A stretch of 64,000 nt of DNA from an uncultured Gemmatimonadota bacterium (GCA_951812955.1 OX638340.1:3749437-3813436), one strand, 5' to 3'. Counted from the first letter of the stretch, positions 47,997 through 58,680 are shown. A program made the numbers and translations. The notes: generated by a model from the sequence alone, not told the origin.

Positions 47997-48701
47997 TCAC
48001 ACCGACCGCGTTATGCCCCCGTCGACGCGCAGGTTCTGGCCCGTGATATAGCCCGAACCGGGTGACAGCAGGAATGCGGCCGTTGCCGCGATCTCCTCCA
48101 CCGTGCCGTAGCGTCCCATTGGAATGCGCGACCTGAATGCTTCCGATTCGGGGAGACTGTCGATGAATCCCGGCAGGAGATTGTTCATCCGGATGTTGTC
48201 GCCGGCGTGGTTGTCGGCATAGATCTTCGAAAAACTCGCCAGGGCCGCTCTGAAAGGCGTCGAAACCGGGAAGTAATGCTCCGGTTCGAAGGCGGCGAAG
48301 GTGGATATGTTGACGATCGAACCGCCGCCCTGTTCCACCATGATCGGGGTGACCAGGCGCGCCATGCGCACCACATTGAGAAACACGATATCCAGTCCCT
48401 CGTGCCAGTCTTCGTCCGGTATATCCAGCAGGCTGCCCTTAGGCGGATGGCCGGTGCTGTTGACGACGCCATCAATCCGGCCGTGGGCTTCCATGGTCAG
48501 GTCCACCAGCTTTCGCAGGTCGGCTTCGTCCGTGACGGAGCCCGTCACGCCGATGCCTCCCAGTTCACTTGCGAGTGATTCCGCCGCTCCGGAGGGAGAC
48601 AGCAACGCGACGGCCCACCCTTGTCCGGCCAGGTTGCGCGCGATGGCCGCTCCCATGCCCCTTCCCGCTCCCGTGATGACCGCTACTTGTTGCGAACTCA
48701 T
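47997..48701 (-). CDS. Short-chain dehydrogenase/reductase (SDR)
   Basis: VITGAGRGMG cofactor motif; 234 aa. Confidence 0.8.
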   Translation of the reverse strand: MSSQQVAVITGAGRGMGAAIARNLAGQGWAVALLSPSGAAESLASELGGIGVTGSVTDEADLRKLVDLTMEAHGRIDGVVNSTGHPPKGSLLDIPDEDWHEGLDIVFLNVVRMARLVTPIMVEQGGGSIVNISTFAAFEPEHYFPVSTPFRAALASFSKIYADNHAGDNIRMNNLLPGFIDSLPESEAFRSRIPMGRYGTVEEIAATAAFLLSPGSGYITGQNLRVDGGITRSV

Positions 48702-49013
48702 AACTCTCCCTTCGGCGTATTGACCGTTTTAAGCCATGCAGGATGTCGCTGGAACGATTTCGGCTCGTCTCCATGCAGATTCGATATCTGTTGATGTAGA
48801 CGCACGTCTCGAACATGGCGGTATATAAACAAATGCATTGCAGTAATCAATGGGAGAATATAGCGTTAATCCGGTTAGCACCGATCCGGTTCAGCAGGAG
48901 CGAATCCCGGCGATTCATCGGTTAACGGGCCGGTTTCGAGTCGCAGACCGCATTGGGACCCACATCGTGTGAACAATTGCGACCGCAGTATATCACATAC
49001 CGCAGGACGGCAC

Positions 49014-50108
49014 ATGAAGATAACCGGACTGAAAACCCACTCCGTCCACGTGAATCACCGGGGAGACTGGACGTTCCTGGCAGTGCTCACGGATGAAGGA
49101 ATAACCGGTTTCGGCGAGGTGAATCCCGGAGGGGCCCGATCCGGGAGCGTGGACTTCCTGCAACAAGCCGAACCGGTTCTCGCAGGTCGCGACCCCGGCA
49201 GCATCGAACGCATCCTGGCCGAACTCCTGCCTTCGCCCACCGACCGGTCTAAAGTAATGGCCCTGAGCGCCCTCGACCAGGCCCTGTGGGACATCAAGGG
49301 CAAGACCCTGGGCGTGCCCGTGGCGGACGTCATCGGGGGACGATGCCATGATGAGATTCCCCTTTATGCCAACATAAACCGGGCTACGACCGACCGGACG
49401 CCCGCGGGGTTCGCCCGGAACGCGGCCGCCGCGGTTTCGGATGGATTCGACGCCGTAAAACTGGCCCCCTTCGACGGGATGCCAGGCGGGATCGACCGGG
49501 CCTCCGACGCCCGCGAAGGCATTGCCTGCATGGAAGCGGTGCGTGAAGCGATCGGTCCGGAGGTCTCCCTGTTGATCGACTGCCACAGCCACTTCTCCGC
49601 CCGGGGCGGGTGCGAGGTATTCGACGCCCTCAGGGACCTGGACCTTTACTGGTACGAGGAACCCGTGCCCGATGAAGACCACGAGGGCTACCGGGCCATA
49701 CGGGATCATATCGACGTGCCGCTGGCCGGAGGCGAAAGCCTGATGTACCTGGAGGGGTTCTGGCCCGTGGTGGACCAGGGTCTGATGGACGTCATCATGC
49801 CGGACGTGACGATCGTGGGCGGACTGTGGGAACTGAAGAAGGTCGCCGCCATGGCTGAAGGCAGGGGGATTCCCACCGCGCCGCACGGACCCTTCGGACC
49901 TTTGACCATCGCGGCAGGCGTTCAGGCCATGGCCGCCCATCCCCGCTTCCAGATTCTGGAATACGCCTGGGGGGAGGTGCCGTGGCGGCACGAATTGATC
50001 GTACCGCCGGAGCGGATCGAAGACGGCAGGATCCGGGTATCGGACCGGCCCGGTCTCGGTGTCGAACTGAACATGGAAGCCATCGACGCGTACCGGGTAG
50101 ACCGGTAG
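49014..50108 (+). CDS. Enolase-superfamily enzyme (mandelate racemase/muconate lactonizing/sugar-acid dehydratase-like)
   Basis: From MKITGLKTHSV; capping domain plus TIM barrel with DCH..E..YWYEEP metal-ligand spacing. Confidence 0.7.
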   Translation: MKITGLKTHSVHVNHRGDWTFLAVLTDEGITGFGEVNPGGARSGSVDFLQQAEPVLAGRDPGSIERILAELLPSPTDRSKVMALSALDQALWDIKGKTLGVPVADVIGGRCHDEIPLYANINRATTDRTPAGFARNAAAAVSDGFDAVKLAPFDGMPGGIDRASDAREGIACMEAVREAIGPEVSLLIDCHSHFSARGGCEVFDALRDLDLYWYEEPVPDEDHEGYRAIRDHIDVPLAGGESLMYLEGFWPVVDQGLMDVIMPDVTIVGGLWELKKVAAMAEGRGIPTAPHGPFGPLTIAAGVQAMAAHPRFQILEYAWGEVPWRHELIVPPERIEDGRIRVSDRPGLGVELNMEAIDAYRVDR

Positions 50109-50130
50109 CGGGCGCGACAGGGTGTGCCGC

Positions 50131-50856
50131 CTACTTCCCGGCGATGGCCGCCTTGATCGCTTCCTCGAATTCGGCTTTCGTCTGGTTGTTCACGAATCGT
50201 TTCGTGACCTTGCCGTCCCGGCCGACCACAAACGTATGGGGTATGGTCAGCACGTTGCCATAGGCCTGGTAAGTCTTGCGGTCCGATTCCACTATGGGAT
50301 AGGTAATATTGAGCTTCTCGACGAAGGGTGCCGTGATGGAAAGCCCTTCTTCGTCGAGTGAGAGTCCCAGCACCTCGACCCCCTGTTCCCGGTAAGTCCT
50401 GAAGAGTTCGTCCAGCACCGGCATTTCCACCAGGCAGGGCGGGCACCAGGTTGCCCAGAAATTCACCACGACCACTTTCCCTTTCAATGCGGACAGACTG
50501 GCCTCGCCGCCGCCGAGCACCGGCAGGTTGAAATCCGGCGCGGCGCTTCCCTCTTTCAGCATGAGCCGGGCTTCGATCGCCTTCAATTCGGCCACGACGG
50601 CCGCTCGGATGCGGGGAACCATGTCCGGCGTCACCTGGATCCCCAGTTCCTGGTATACGGCCATGGCCGTTTCCCGACCGAAATTCGGCTTGCCGGCCTT
50701 GGATTTGGATACCTGCTCCATGATGTAGGCGACGATCTTCTCTTCGTCCCCGGTCAGGGCCTGTTCATCCTGGTCCGTGGCCTGCGTCTGCAAGGGAAAC
50801 AGGATGGCTGCCGCGGCAAAGATGGTGCACAACAGTGTCGTAGAAATCCTGCTCAC
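50131..50856 (-). CDS. Secreted TlpA-like thiol-disulfide oxidoreductase (thioredoxin fold)
   Basis: Signal peptide, WCPPC active site. Confidence 0.75.
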   Translation of the reverse strand: MSRISTTLLCTIFAAAAILFPLQTQATDQDEQALTGDEEKIVAYIMEQVSKSKAGKPNFGRETAMAVYQELGIQVTPDMVPRIRAAVVAELKAIEARLMLKEGSAAPDFNLPVLGGGEASLSALKGKVVVVNFWATWCPPCLVEMPVLDELFRTYREQGVEVLGLSLDEEGLSITAPFVEKLNITYPIVESDRKTYQAYGNVLTIPHTFVVGRDGKVTKRFVNNQTKAEFEEAIKAAIAGK

Positions 50857-50948
50857 GCTATCCTCCAGTACGGTGGGTCGTTTTCTGTATTATCGGACGA
50901 GTTGGGTTAGCGCCGAAATGCCGTAACACAGGTACCCCGGCCTCGAAC

Positions 50949-51302
50949 TCAGGTCTTGCTGGTTTCCTTTTCGGCTTTGACGGCCTTTTTTAGCATTTCG
51001 TTGAAGTTCATCTCGAAGTTTGCCAGGTCGCTGCGGTCCACGATCGTGGCGGCCGCGACACCCACGGCAATAGCCACGGCTTCCCGGATCTCGGCGCCGT
51101 CGGCGCCGTACTTCATGGCTTTCTTCAGATGGCCTTCCAGGCAGTTGTGGCATCCCGCACTCAACGAGGCCGCTATGGCGATCAGTTCCTTGGTCTTGTT
51201 GTCGAGCGCGGTGCCCTGCCGGTACGTCTCCCGGTAGAAATCGAAGTAGATTTCCTTCATCCGTTCTTCCAGCAACTCGTATGACCTCAGAACCTTTCCC
51301 AC
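50949..51302 (-). CDS. Carboxymuconolactone decarboxylase (AhpD-like) family protein
   Basis: 117 aa, CxxC-like region (SLSAGCHNCLEGHL) of the CMD/AhpD fold. Confidence 0.65.
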   Translation of the reverse strand: MGKVLRSYELLEERMKEIYFDFYRETYRQGTALDNKTKELIAIAASLSAGCHNCLEGHLKKAMKYGADGAEIREAVAIAVGVAAATIVDRSDLANFEMNFNEMLKKAVKAEKETSKT

Positions 51303-51576
51303 GTATCTTTCCTCCGTAATCCCGTCCGAAACGGGATGTCGCCTTCAGTTTCCCCTGACCGTCAATGCCATGTCGTTTAAGACCGGACGCGAACCTGCGA
51401 AATCGTACCTAAAGAGTATTCAAAATCCTGCCGCGATTATTCAAACTTCTGCCCGCGGGACTACAGGCATATTAAGGCCAGTTCCGGTCCGGCGCAATGT
51501 GATTCTATAGTATCCACCGGCAGGACGATACGGTTCGGCCGGGCGATATCAGGTCACCCATGCTGGTGATTCGAGC

Positions 51577-53406
51577 CTATTCCGGATGGAAATACCGGTA
51601 GACTTTCCGTGCAGCGTCTTTACCGACACCCTTGACCGCGGTGAGTTCCTCTTCGGTGCACTTTCTGATCTCTTCCACGGACCCGATCGCCATGATCAAA
51701 TGTTGTTTCCGCTTGGGCCCTACGCCGGGTATGTTGTCCAATTCGGAGCGGATCATTCGGTTTCCCCGTCGCTGCCGGTGAAAGGTGACGGCGAACCGGT
51801 GGGCCTCGTCCCTGGCCTGCATGAGCATTTTCAGTGCGGGGGACGACCTTGGAATGACGATCGGTTCGGATTGGCCCGGACGGAATACTTCCTCCAGCCG
51901 CTTCGCAAGGCCGATGACGGGCAGATCGACCAGGCCGAGTTCGTTCAGGACCTGCCGGACGCTGGAGAGCTGTCCCTTTCCGCCGTCGATGAGCACAAGA
52001 TCGGGTAGCGGCTTGCTTTCGTCGATCAACCGCCGGTAACGCCGGCCGACGACTTCCTGCATCATGGCGAAGTCATTGGGACCGATCACGTCCCTGACCT
52101 TGAACTTCCGGTAGTCGGACTTGCGGGGGCGGCCGTCCACGAAACAGACCATGGAGGCCACCGGGTCCGATCCCTGGATGTTGGAGATGTCGAAAGTCTC
52201 GATGCGCCTCGGCGGGATGTCGATACCCAGGATCTCCTGCAGCGCCCCTACCGCGGCCGGAATACTGCGGCGGACCCGGGCTTCGGCCCGTTTCAGCGCG
52301 TGGGTATTCAACTGCAGTTCGGCGTTCTGAACGGCCAACCGGACCATGGCGGCCTTATCGCCGCGCCGGGGTACGGCGATTTCGACTTTGGATCCCCGCT
52401 GCCGGGCCGTCCATTCCCGGAATGCGTCGATACCTTCCGGTTCGCCGGCCAGTAGAATCTCGTCGGGCCAAAGTTGGGCTGCGAGGTAGTACTGGGTCAG
52501 GAAGGCGCCCAACGTTTCCGGCTCCGCGGACTCCTCGGGCGCCGTCAGGAAGAAGTGCTCCTTGCCCAGCAGCTTGCCCTCCCTAACCTGCAATACCGCC
52601 CCGCAGACGTCGGTTCCGCTCCGCGCGAGCCCGATAATGTCCCGGTCCACTTCCCGGCTCGAGAATGCGCGTTGCCGAATAGTCGTTTTCTCGATGGCGA
52701 CGATCTGGTCGCGGATGCGACCCGCAAGTTCGAACTGCAGTTGCTCCGAGGCCCGCGCCATGCGTTCCTTTAGCTGTTTCAGCAGGTCCTTCGTCCTGCC
52801 GGAGAGAAACCGGCAGACCTGGTCGATGATCTCCCCGTAACCTTCCTCGCCGATGTGGCCCTTGCACGGCCCGGGACAGCGGTCGATGTAGTAGTCGAGG
52901 CAGGGCCGGTCCATGGACGGCCACGCGTTCGCGCTCGGGCAGGTGCGCAGGGGAAAGACCTTACGGACCAGGTCGATGGTCCGGCGCATGGCCTTCACGT
53001 TGGTGTAGGGTCCGAAGTACCGGGCCCCGTCCTGCCGGACGTTGCGCGTGACCACGACTCTGGGGTAGGTCTCGTTGGTAACCATGATGAAGGGAAAGGA
53101 CTTGTCGTCGCGCAGCATCACATTGTACCGCGGCCTGTGCTCCTTGATGAGGTGGTCTTCGAGCAGCAGCGCGTCGGCTTCCGATTCGGTCACAACGTAA
53201 TCGAAATCATGAATCCGGCTGGCCAGGGCGACCGATTTCGGCTCCGTGTGGCGATTTTTCTGGAAATATGAGCGGATCCGCTGGCGCAGCACGCGCGTCT
53301 TGCCCACGTAGATGATGCGCGACCGGGTGTCTTTCATCAAGTACACGCCAGGCTTTCCGGGAAGCGACTTGAGTTTTTCTTCAATTTCCGTCGGTTTCGC
53401 AGCCAT
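51577..53406 (-). CDS. uvrC: Excinuclease ABC subunit C
   Basis: GIY-YIG N-terminus (PGVYLMKD...IIYVGKT), UvrBC-interacting region, RNase H-like endonuclease and C-terminal HhH. Start at internal Met (MAAKPTEIE). Confidence 0.9.
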   Translation of the reverse strand: MAAKPTEIEEKLKSLPGKPGVYLMKDTRSRIIYVGKTRVLRQRIRSYFQKNRHTEPKSVALASRIHDFDYVVTESEADALLLEDHLIKEHRPRYNVMLRDDKSFPFIMVTNETYPRVVVTRNVRQDGARYFGPYTNVKAMRRTIDLVRKVFPLRTCPSANAWPSMDRPCLDYYIDRCPGPCKGHIGEEGYGEIIDQVCRFLSGRTKDLLKQLKERMARASEQLQFELAGRIRDQIVAIEKTTIRQRAFSSREVDRDIIGLARSGTDVCGAVLQVREGKLLGKEHFFLTAPEESAEPETLGAFLTQYYLAAQLWPDEILLAGEPEGIDAFREWTARQRGSKVEIAVPRRGDKAAMVRLAVQNAELQLNTHALKRAEARVRRSIPAAVGALQEILGIDIPPRRIETFDISNIQGSDPVASMVCFVDGRPRKSDYRKFKVRDVIGPNDFAMMQEVVGRRYRRLIDESKPLPDLVLIDGGKGQLSSVRQVLNELGLVDLPVIGLAKRLEEVFRPGQSEPIVIPRSSPALKMLMQARDEAHRFAVTFHRQRRGNRMIRSELDNIPGVGPKRKQHLIMAIGSVEEIRKCTEEELTAVKGVGKDAARKVYRYFHPE

Positions 53407-53595
53407 GGGATGGTTTACCGTACGCCGATTGCTGGTTTTTCGTATCGCCAGATCATGCCGGACGGTCAATTTAACCTTGACTTCCGGCATCCTCACGGGT
53501 AATTTGGCGTCTGTTCCATGCGAACCGTACAACAGGCCGCATAGGCCGACACGCCATGCGGTATTTATCGTTCCAGCGTATAAAGGGAGTAAAAG

Positions 53596-53841
53596 TTGCC
53601 TACCCTCGTCTCATCGAAAAAGCGACTGCGCCAGGAAAGCGTGCGTCAGCGGCGTAGCGCCACGGTGAAATCCGCCCTCAGAACCGCCATCAAACGCTTG
53701 CGCGAGAACACGGATGCCAAAGCCGCGCCCGAGTTACTGGGCCAGGCCTATTCCAAACTGGATAAAGCCGTCAAGCGCAACGTGGTGCACCGGCGTACCG
53801 CCGCCCGCATCAAATCCAGGCTGACGCGGCAGGCCGGCTGA
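53596..53841 (+). CDS. rpsT: 30S ribosomal protein S20
   Basis: 81 aa, basic, KKRLRQESVRQRRSATVKSALRTAIKR typical of S20. TTG start with GGGAG SD. Confidence 0.8.
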   Translation: MPTLVSSKKRLRQESVRQRRSATVKSALRTAIKRLRENTDAKAAPELLGQAYSKLDKAVKRNVVHRRTAARIKSRLTRQAG

Positions 53842-53887
53842 AGCATTCCGCTCCGCTCCACCGGCCGGACGCGCGTCCCACATCCCT

Positions 53888-55672
53888 CTATTCAGCCTGA
53901 CCGGCCTGAACGGCTAACCGCTGGTCTTCCACAGAATTCGCGTTATTTAAAGCTGCCTGTACAAATCCCCGGAACAATGGTTGGGGCCTGTATGGACGGC
54001 TGGTCAACTCGGGGTGAAACTGCGTGCCTACGAAGAAGGGGTGCGTGGGGATTTCCAGGATCTGCATGATCTCTTCGTCAGGTGTCATGCCGGAGAACAC
54101 CATACCCTTGTGCTCGATGAGTTCCCTGTACTGGTTGTTGAACTCGTACCGGTGGCGGAATCTCTCCATGGCCAATTCGGACCCGTAGCAGCCGTGGGCC
54201 ATCGTGCCGGTCCTCACCTTTACCTCGTGTCCACCCAGCCGCATCGTGCCTCCCATTCCGGCCAGTTTGCGCTGGTCGGGCAGCAGGTATATGACCGGCG
54301 TTTCCGTCTCCGCGTCGAATTCGGCGTGGGCGGCATCACGCAATCCGCACTGGTTGCGCGCGAACTCGATCACGGCCAGCTGGAAGCCATAGCACAGGCC
54401 CAGGAACGGCAGACCGTTCTCCCTGGCATACTGAATGAACGGGATCTTCCCTTCAGCGCCCCGCTCGCCGAAGCCGCCGGGTACGATGATCCCTGAGATC
54501 CCTTCGAATACCCCTGCGTCTGGCGGCCGGTCGCCCGAGAACTCGGTCGTATCGATCCACTCGATGTCGATCTCCGCGCCCACGCTGACCTTGCTGTGAT
54601 CCAGGGCGTTGAGGATGCTCACGTACGAATCGTGCAGGGCCGTGTACTTTCCGGTAATGGCAATACGTATTTCCGGGTGCGATTTCGACAGGTACTTGAG
54701 GTATATGTCGAACACCTTGGGTTTCTGGTCGGGCCGTTGCGGCAGATTCACGTTCAACTTGTCGGCGACAATCTGAACCGTTTTCTGGCGGTCGAGCAGG
54801 GTCGGCACCCGGTAGATGGAATCCGTATCCGGGCTGCTGATCACGCGGTCTTCCGCAATGTTGCAGTAGAGACTGATTTTCTGCCTGACGCTCGTGCTGA
54901 GCGGTATGGCTGAACGGCAGACCACGATATCGGGCTGTATGCCCAGTTGCAGGAGCGCTTTGACGCTGTGTTGCGTGGGCTTGGTCTTCAATTCTCCCGC
55001 GGCCTCGTTATAGGGCACCTGCGTGACGTGGACCGACAGGACATTGTCCCGTCCCTCGTCGTAGAGCATCTCCCGCGCGGCCTCGATGAAGTGGATATTT
55101 TCGATATCCCCCACGGTGCCGCCGATCTCGACGACCAGGATATCGTAGGGCCCTTCGTGGGCCTTGGTACGCATGAGGTTCTTGATCTCGCCCGTCACGT
55201 GGGGTACGACCTGCACGTCCCGGCCCAGGTACTCGCCCCGCCGCTCTTTGTCGAGGATGATCCGGTACACCTTGCCGGAAGTGATGTAGTTGTTCTTGTT
55301 CAGGTCATCGTCGAGGAAGCGCTCGTAGGTGCCCAGGTCCATGTCGCACTCGGTCCCGTCTTCGAGTACGAACACCTCCCCGTGACGGTAGGGGTTGATG
55401 GTGCCGGCGTCCTGGTTCAGGTAGCCGTCGATCTTGACCTGGGAAACCGTGAATCCGTAATGCTTGAGCAGGTGTCCGAGTGAAGCGCTGAAGACGCCCT
55501 TGCCCACGCCGGACATGACTCCGCCGGTGACGAAGATATACTTGGTCCGCCCGATGCGGTAGTCGGTGGGGAAGAATTCGATGGCTTCGGTATCGACGGT
55601 CCTGGAGCTATGGGCGTCCAGATCGACGTCATCAAAAAACAAATCGTCGTTATAGTCCGCGGCGTCGGCCAA
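53888..55672 (-). CDS. pyrG: CTP synthase (with about 40-aa acidic N-terminal extension)
   Basis: KYIFVTGGVMSGVGKG, GGTVGDIE, GATase triad region GLCYGFQ. 594 aa versus about 545 typical. No alternative start before the conserved KYIFVTGG. Confidence 0.9.
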   Translation of the reverse strand: MADAADYNDDLFFDDVDLDAHSSRTVDTEAIEFFPTDYRIGRTKYIFVTGGVMSGVGKGVFSASLGHLLKHYGFTVSQVKIDGYLNQDAGTINPYRHGEVFVLEDGTECDMDLGTYERFLDDDLNKNNYITSGKVYRIILDKERRGEYLGRDVQVVPHVTGEIKNLMRTKAHEGPYDILVVEIGGTVGDIENIHFIEAAREMLYDEGRDNVLSVHVTQVPYNEAAGELKTKPTQHSVKALLQLGIQPDIVVCRSAIPLSTSVRQKISLYCNIAEDRVISSPDTDSIYRVPTLLDRQKTVQIVADKLNVNLPQRPDQKPKVFDIYLKYLSKSHPEIRIAITGKYTALHDSYVSILNALDHSKVSVGAEIDIEWIDTTEFSGDRPPDAGVFEGISGIIVPGGFGERGAEGKIPFIQYARENGLPFLGLCYGFQLAVIEFARNQCGLRDAAHAEFDAETETPVIYLLPDQRKLAGMGGTMRLGGHEVKVRTGTMAHGCYGSELAMERFRHRYEFNNQYRELIEHKGMVFSGMTPDEEIMQILEIPTHPFFVGTQFHPELTSRPYRPQPLFRGFVQAALNNANSVEDQRLAVQAGQAE

Positions 55673-55845
55673 AGACTTGCTCCTTTTTCAGATTTTTGTT
55701 TTGAATACATTCGCACCTAAAATAGGGCCGGGCAGGTTTCATCGCAATACAAAATGTGTTCCGCGCTGACGAGGCCGTAGCTACGGTTTCTGCGCCAGGG
55801 ATGGTTACCGGGGTGGGTCGCGTCAGGACCCTGATCACCTGCTCC

Positions 55846-56643
55846 TCAGAAATCCCCGATCCACCTGCTCCTCAGCTCGTCGAGCGTTCCCTTCTGCCGC
55901 AACTGATAGAGCCAGAGGTTCAGCCAGTTTATAAAAGGCTGGTCGTCCCGGACGGTCATGTAACCGATATCTTCCCTGGTCAGCGGGTTGGCCGGATTCA
56001 CGGCGTAGAGCACGGGGTTCTGTCTCGCGTAGATGACCGCCTCGACGTTGTCCGTGAACATGACGTCCACCTCTCCGGACGCCACGGCCGGTTGTACGTC
56101 CAGGTTGTCCTGGAACATGACAATGGTGGCCTGCTCGATATTGGCGCGGACGAAGGCCTCGTTCGTGCCGCCGTAGTTGGCGCCGATCCGGACCCCCGGC
56201 CGGTCGATGTCCGACAGACTGTTGAACCGTTCGCGGTCGGCCTTCCTGATGAGCGGTGATTTACCGATGGTGACATACGGGCCGGTGAGGGCCAGTATCT
56301 TCTGCCGCTCGAGCGTGCGGGTGATGCCGCCCATGGCCAGATCGAACCGGTCGTTCAGGGTATCGTCGGACAGGCCGCTCCAGGTCGTGGGCAGGAACCG
56401 GACGCGGACGCCGAGCGCTTCCCCGAGCAGATGCGCCGCGTCGATGTCCATGCCCTCGTATTCTCCCGTCTCAGGGTTCAGATAGGTGAATGGCTTGTAA
56501 TCGCCCGTCGTCCCGATGCGTATCTCACCCTTTTCAAGGATGCGGTCCAGCAGGGAGGTCTGGGCGTGTATGTTTGCAGAAGCGGTACACGCACATAGGA
56601 TCAGCAGTACGGCCTGAAAGGCGCGAATGGGGTTGGTAGCCAT
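55846..56643 (-). CDS. Periplasmic solute-binding protein (family 3 amino-acid ABC substrate-binding/transglycosylase-associated type)
   Basis: Signal peptide, two-lobe SBP_bac_3-like pattern (IRIGTTGDYKPFTY...). Confidence 0.6.
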   Translation of the reverse strand: MATNPIRAFQAVLLILCACTASANIHAQTSLLDRILEKGEIRIGTTGDYKPFTYLNPETGEYEGMDIDAAHLLGEALGVRVRFLPTTWSGLSDDTLNDRFDLAMGGITRTLERQKILALTGPYVTIGKSPLIRKADRERFNSLSDIDRPGVRIGANYGGTNEAFVRANIEQATIVMFQDNLDVQPAVASGEVDVMFTDNVEAVIYARQNPVLYAVNPANPLTREDIGYMTVRDDQPFINWLNLWLYQLRQKGTLDELRSRWIGDF

Positions 56644-56901
56644 ATATTCTCCAGATGTTTGGTGTTATCCGGTGGATCGCAGAATCAATCCGTCGGCGTG
56701 GACTGAGGATGATCTTATAACGCTTGGGGCCGCCTTGTCAATCCATCTTGACAGTCCCGGTTTTGCCTTCTACCTTGAAATCGCATTTCGAACATACGGG
56801 ACACACGTGCCATTTCCCTTGTCCTTCCGCTGGATAATCCGGTCCGACCGAAAGAGCCGGATCTGTCCTGCCCGTCGGTTCTGTTCGGATCCCTACAGGC
56901 C

Positions 56902-58680
56902 ATGTCACCAGTCTCTCCATCTTCGATACGGCCCGTTTTAACCGTACTTTTCATTATAATACTCACTACCCCGTTCCTGTTCGCCCATTGGCTGGAGCGC
57001 GATTCAGCCGATTCAGCCGATTCAGATGCAGACCGGTACGGGTTCCGCCTGACGGATGCGACGGCGGCGGCCGGTATAGACTTCATGCACGCCAAGCCGG
57101 AACTAGATCCGGCACTCGACCCGATCATGCCTCACTTGACGGCCCTGGGAGCGTCCGTCTCAGTGATGGATTATGACAATGACGGGTGGCAGGACCTGTA
57201 CGTGACCCGCAGCCGAAAAGGCGCGCCGAACGCGATGTATAGAAACCTGGGCGACGGAGGCTTCGAGGAGGTCGCAGGTACCATGGGCCTTGCCGATGTG
57301 AACGACGCCAGCGGCGTATCCATGGGGTCGGTGTGGGGTGACTACGACAACGATGGTTTCGAGGATGTGTTCATATACAGGTGGGGCCGCCAGCGTCTGT
57401 TCAGAAACCAGGGCGGCGGCGCTTTCGAGGACGTGACCGGCGAATCGGGTCTCGACCGGTGGATGAACGCGAACAGTTCGGTGTGGACGGACGTCGACCG
57501 GGATGGCCTGATCGATCTTTACGTTGGTGGGTATTTTTCGGAAGCCCATGACCTGTGGCAGGTTAAGACGACAAGGATCATGCAGGAGAGTTTCGAATAT
57601 GCGGACAACGGGGGCCGCAACTATCTCTTCCTGAACCGGGGCGAGGGGCGTTTCGAAGACGTCACGGAGGCTTTCGGGGTGGACTGCACGCGGTGGACCA
57701 TGTCCATCGGCGCCGCCGACCTCGACGGCGACGGCTGGCCCGACCTTTACCTGGCCAACGACTACGGTCCCGAGGTGCTCTTCATCAATCTCGAAGGCAA
57801 GGGATTCGAGCGATTGGACGGCGCAACGCTCGAGGAGACGTCCAAAAGCGGTATGAACGTGGCTTTCGGCGACCTGTACAACGACGGCCGCGCGGACGTC
57901 TACGTGACTAACATTTCGAAGCGCGGGTATCTTTTCCAGGGCAACAATCTGCGGCGCAACCTGATCGCCGAAAACGGACGGATGGTCAATATCGCCGAGG
58001 GAGATATCGCCGACGCCGGGTGGGCGTGGGGCGCGCAGTTCGGCGACCTGAACAACGACGGCTTCGTGGACCTGTTCGTGACCAACGGCTTCGTCTCGGC
58101 CGACCCCGAGAAAGACTACTGGTACGAGATGTCGCGCGTCGCCATGGGCAACAACAACATTTTTCAGGACGTGCAGAACTGGGCGCCCATGGGAGACCAG
58201 AGCCTGTCCGGCTACGAGCGGTCCCGCCTCTACCTGAACGACGGAAACGGACGCTTCTACGACGTGGCGGAAGCCGCAGGCGTAATTGATCGGTACGACG
58301 GACGGGGCGTCGCCCTGGCCGACCTGTTCAACCGCGGAGCGCTGGACGTGGTCGTGGCCAACCAGGACGGACCCCTGATCCTGTACCGGAACGAGGTCGA
58401 GCGAGAGCACACGTGGGTTTCCTTTGAACTGCGGGGCGTACGCAGCAACGCCAGCGCCATCGGCGCCGAGATAAGGGTGTTCTGGGACGGAAGGCAGCAG
58501 CTGCAGGTCGTGACGGCCGGGGCCGGATTCGCCGCCCAGAGCCAGCGCAGGCGCCACTTCGGTCTGGGGGCCGCCGCGGCGGTCGACCGCGTCGAAATCA
58601 AGTGGCCGAGCGGGACGGTGCAGAGGTTGGAAAACCCCGTGTTGAACCGGTTGCACACCATTACGGAACCGGAGGGATGA
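56902..58680 (+). CDS. CRTAC1 family protein (FG-GAP/VCBS repeats plus ASPIC/UnbV C-terminal domain)
   Basis: Repeated DxDxDGxxD calcium-binding FG-GAP-like blades (DYDNDGWQDLYV, DYDNDGFEDVFI, DLDGDGWPDLYLAN, DLNNDGFVDLFVTN), C-terminal UnbV_ASPIC-like region. Confidence 0.75.
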   Translation: MSPVSPSSIRPVLTVLFIIILTTPFLFAHWLERDSADSADSDADRYGFRLTDATAAAGIDFMHAKPELDPALDPIMPHLTALGASVSVMDYDNDGWQDLYVTRSRKGAPNAMYRNLGDGGFEEVAGTMGLADVNDASGVSMGSVWGDYDNDGFEDVFIYRWGRQRLFRNQGGGAFEDVTGESGLDRWMNANSSVWTDVDRDGLIDLYVGGYFSEAHDLWQVKTTRIMQESFEYADNGGRNYLFLNRGEGRFEDVTEAFGVDCTRWTMSIGAADLDGDGWPDLYLANDYGPEVLFINLEGKGFERLDGATLEETSKSGMNVAFGDLYNDGRADVYVTNISKRGYLFQGNNLRRNLIAENGRMVNIAEGDIADAGWAWGAQFGDLNNDGFVDLFVTNGFVSADPEKDYWYEMSRVAMGNNNIFQDVQNWAPMGDQSLSGYERSRLYLNDGNGRFYDVAEAAGVIDRYDGRGVALADLFNRGALDVVVANQDGPLILYRNEVEREHTWVSFELRGVRSNASAIGAEIRVFWDGRQQLQVVTAGAGFAAQSQRRRHFGLGAAAAVDRVEIKWPSGTVQRLENPVLNRLHTITEPEG

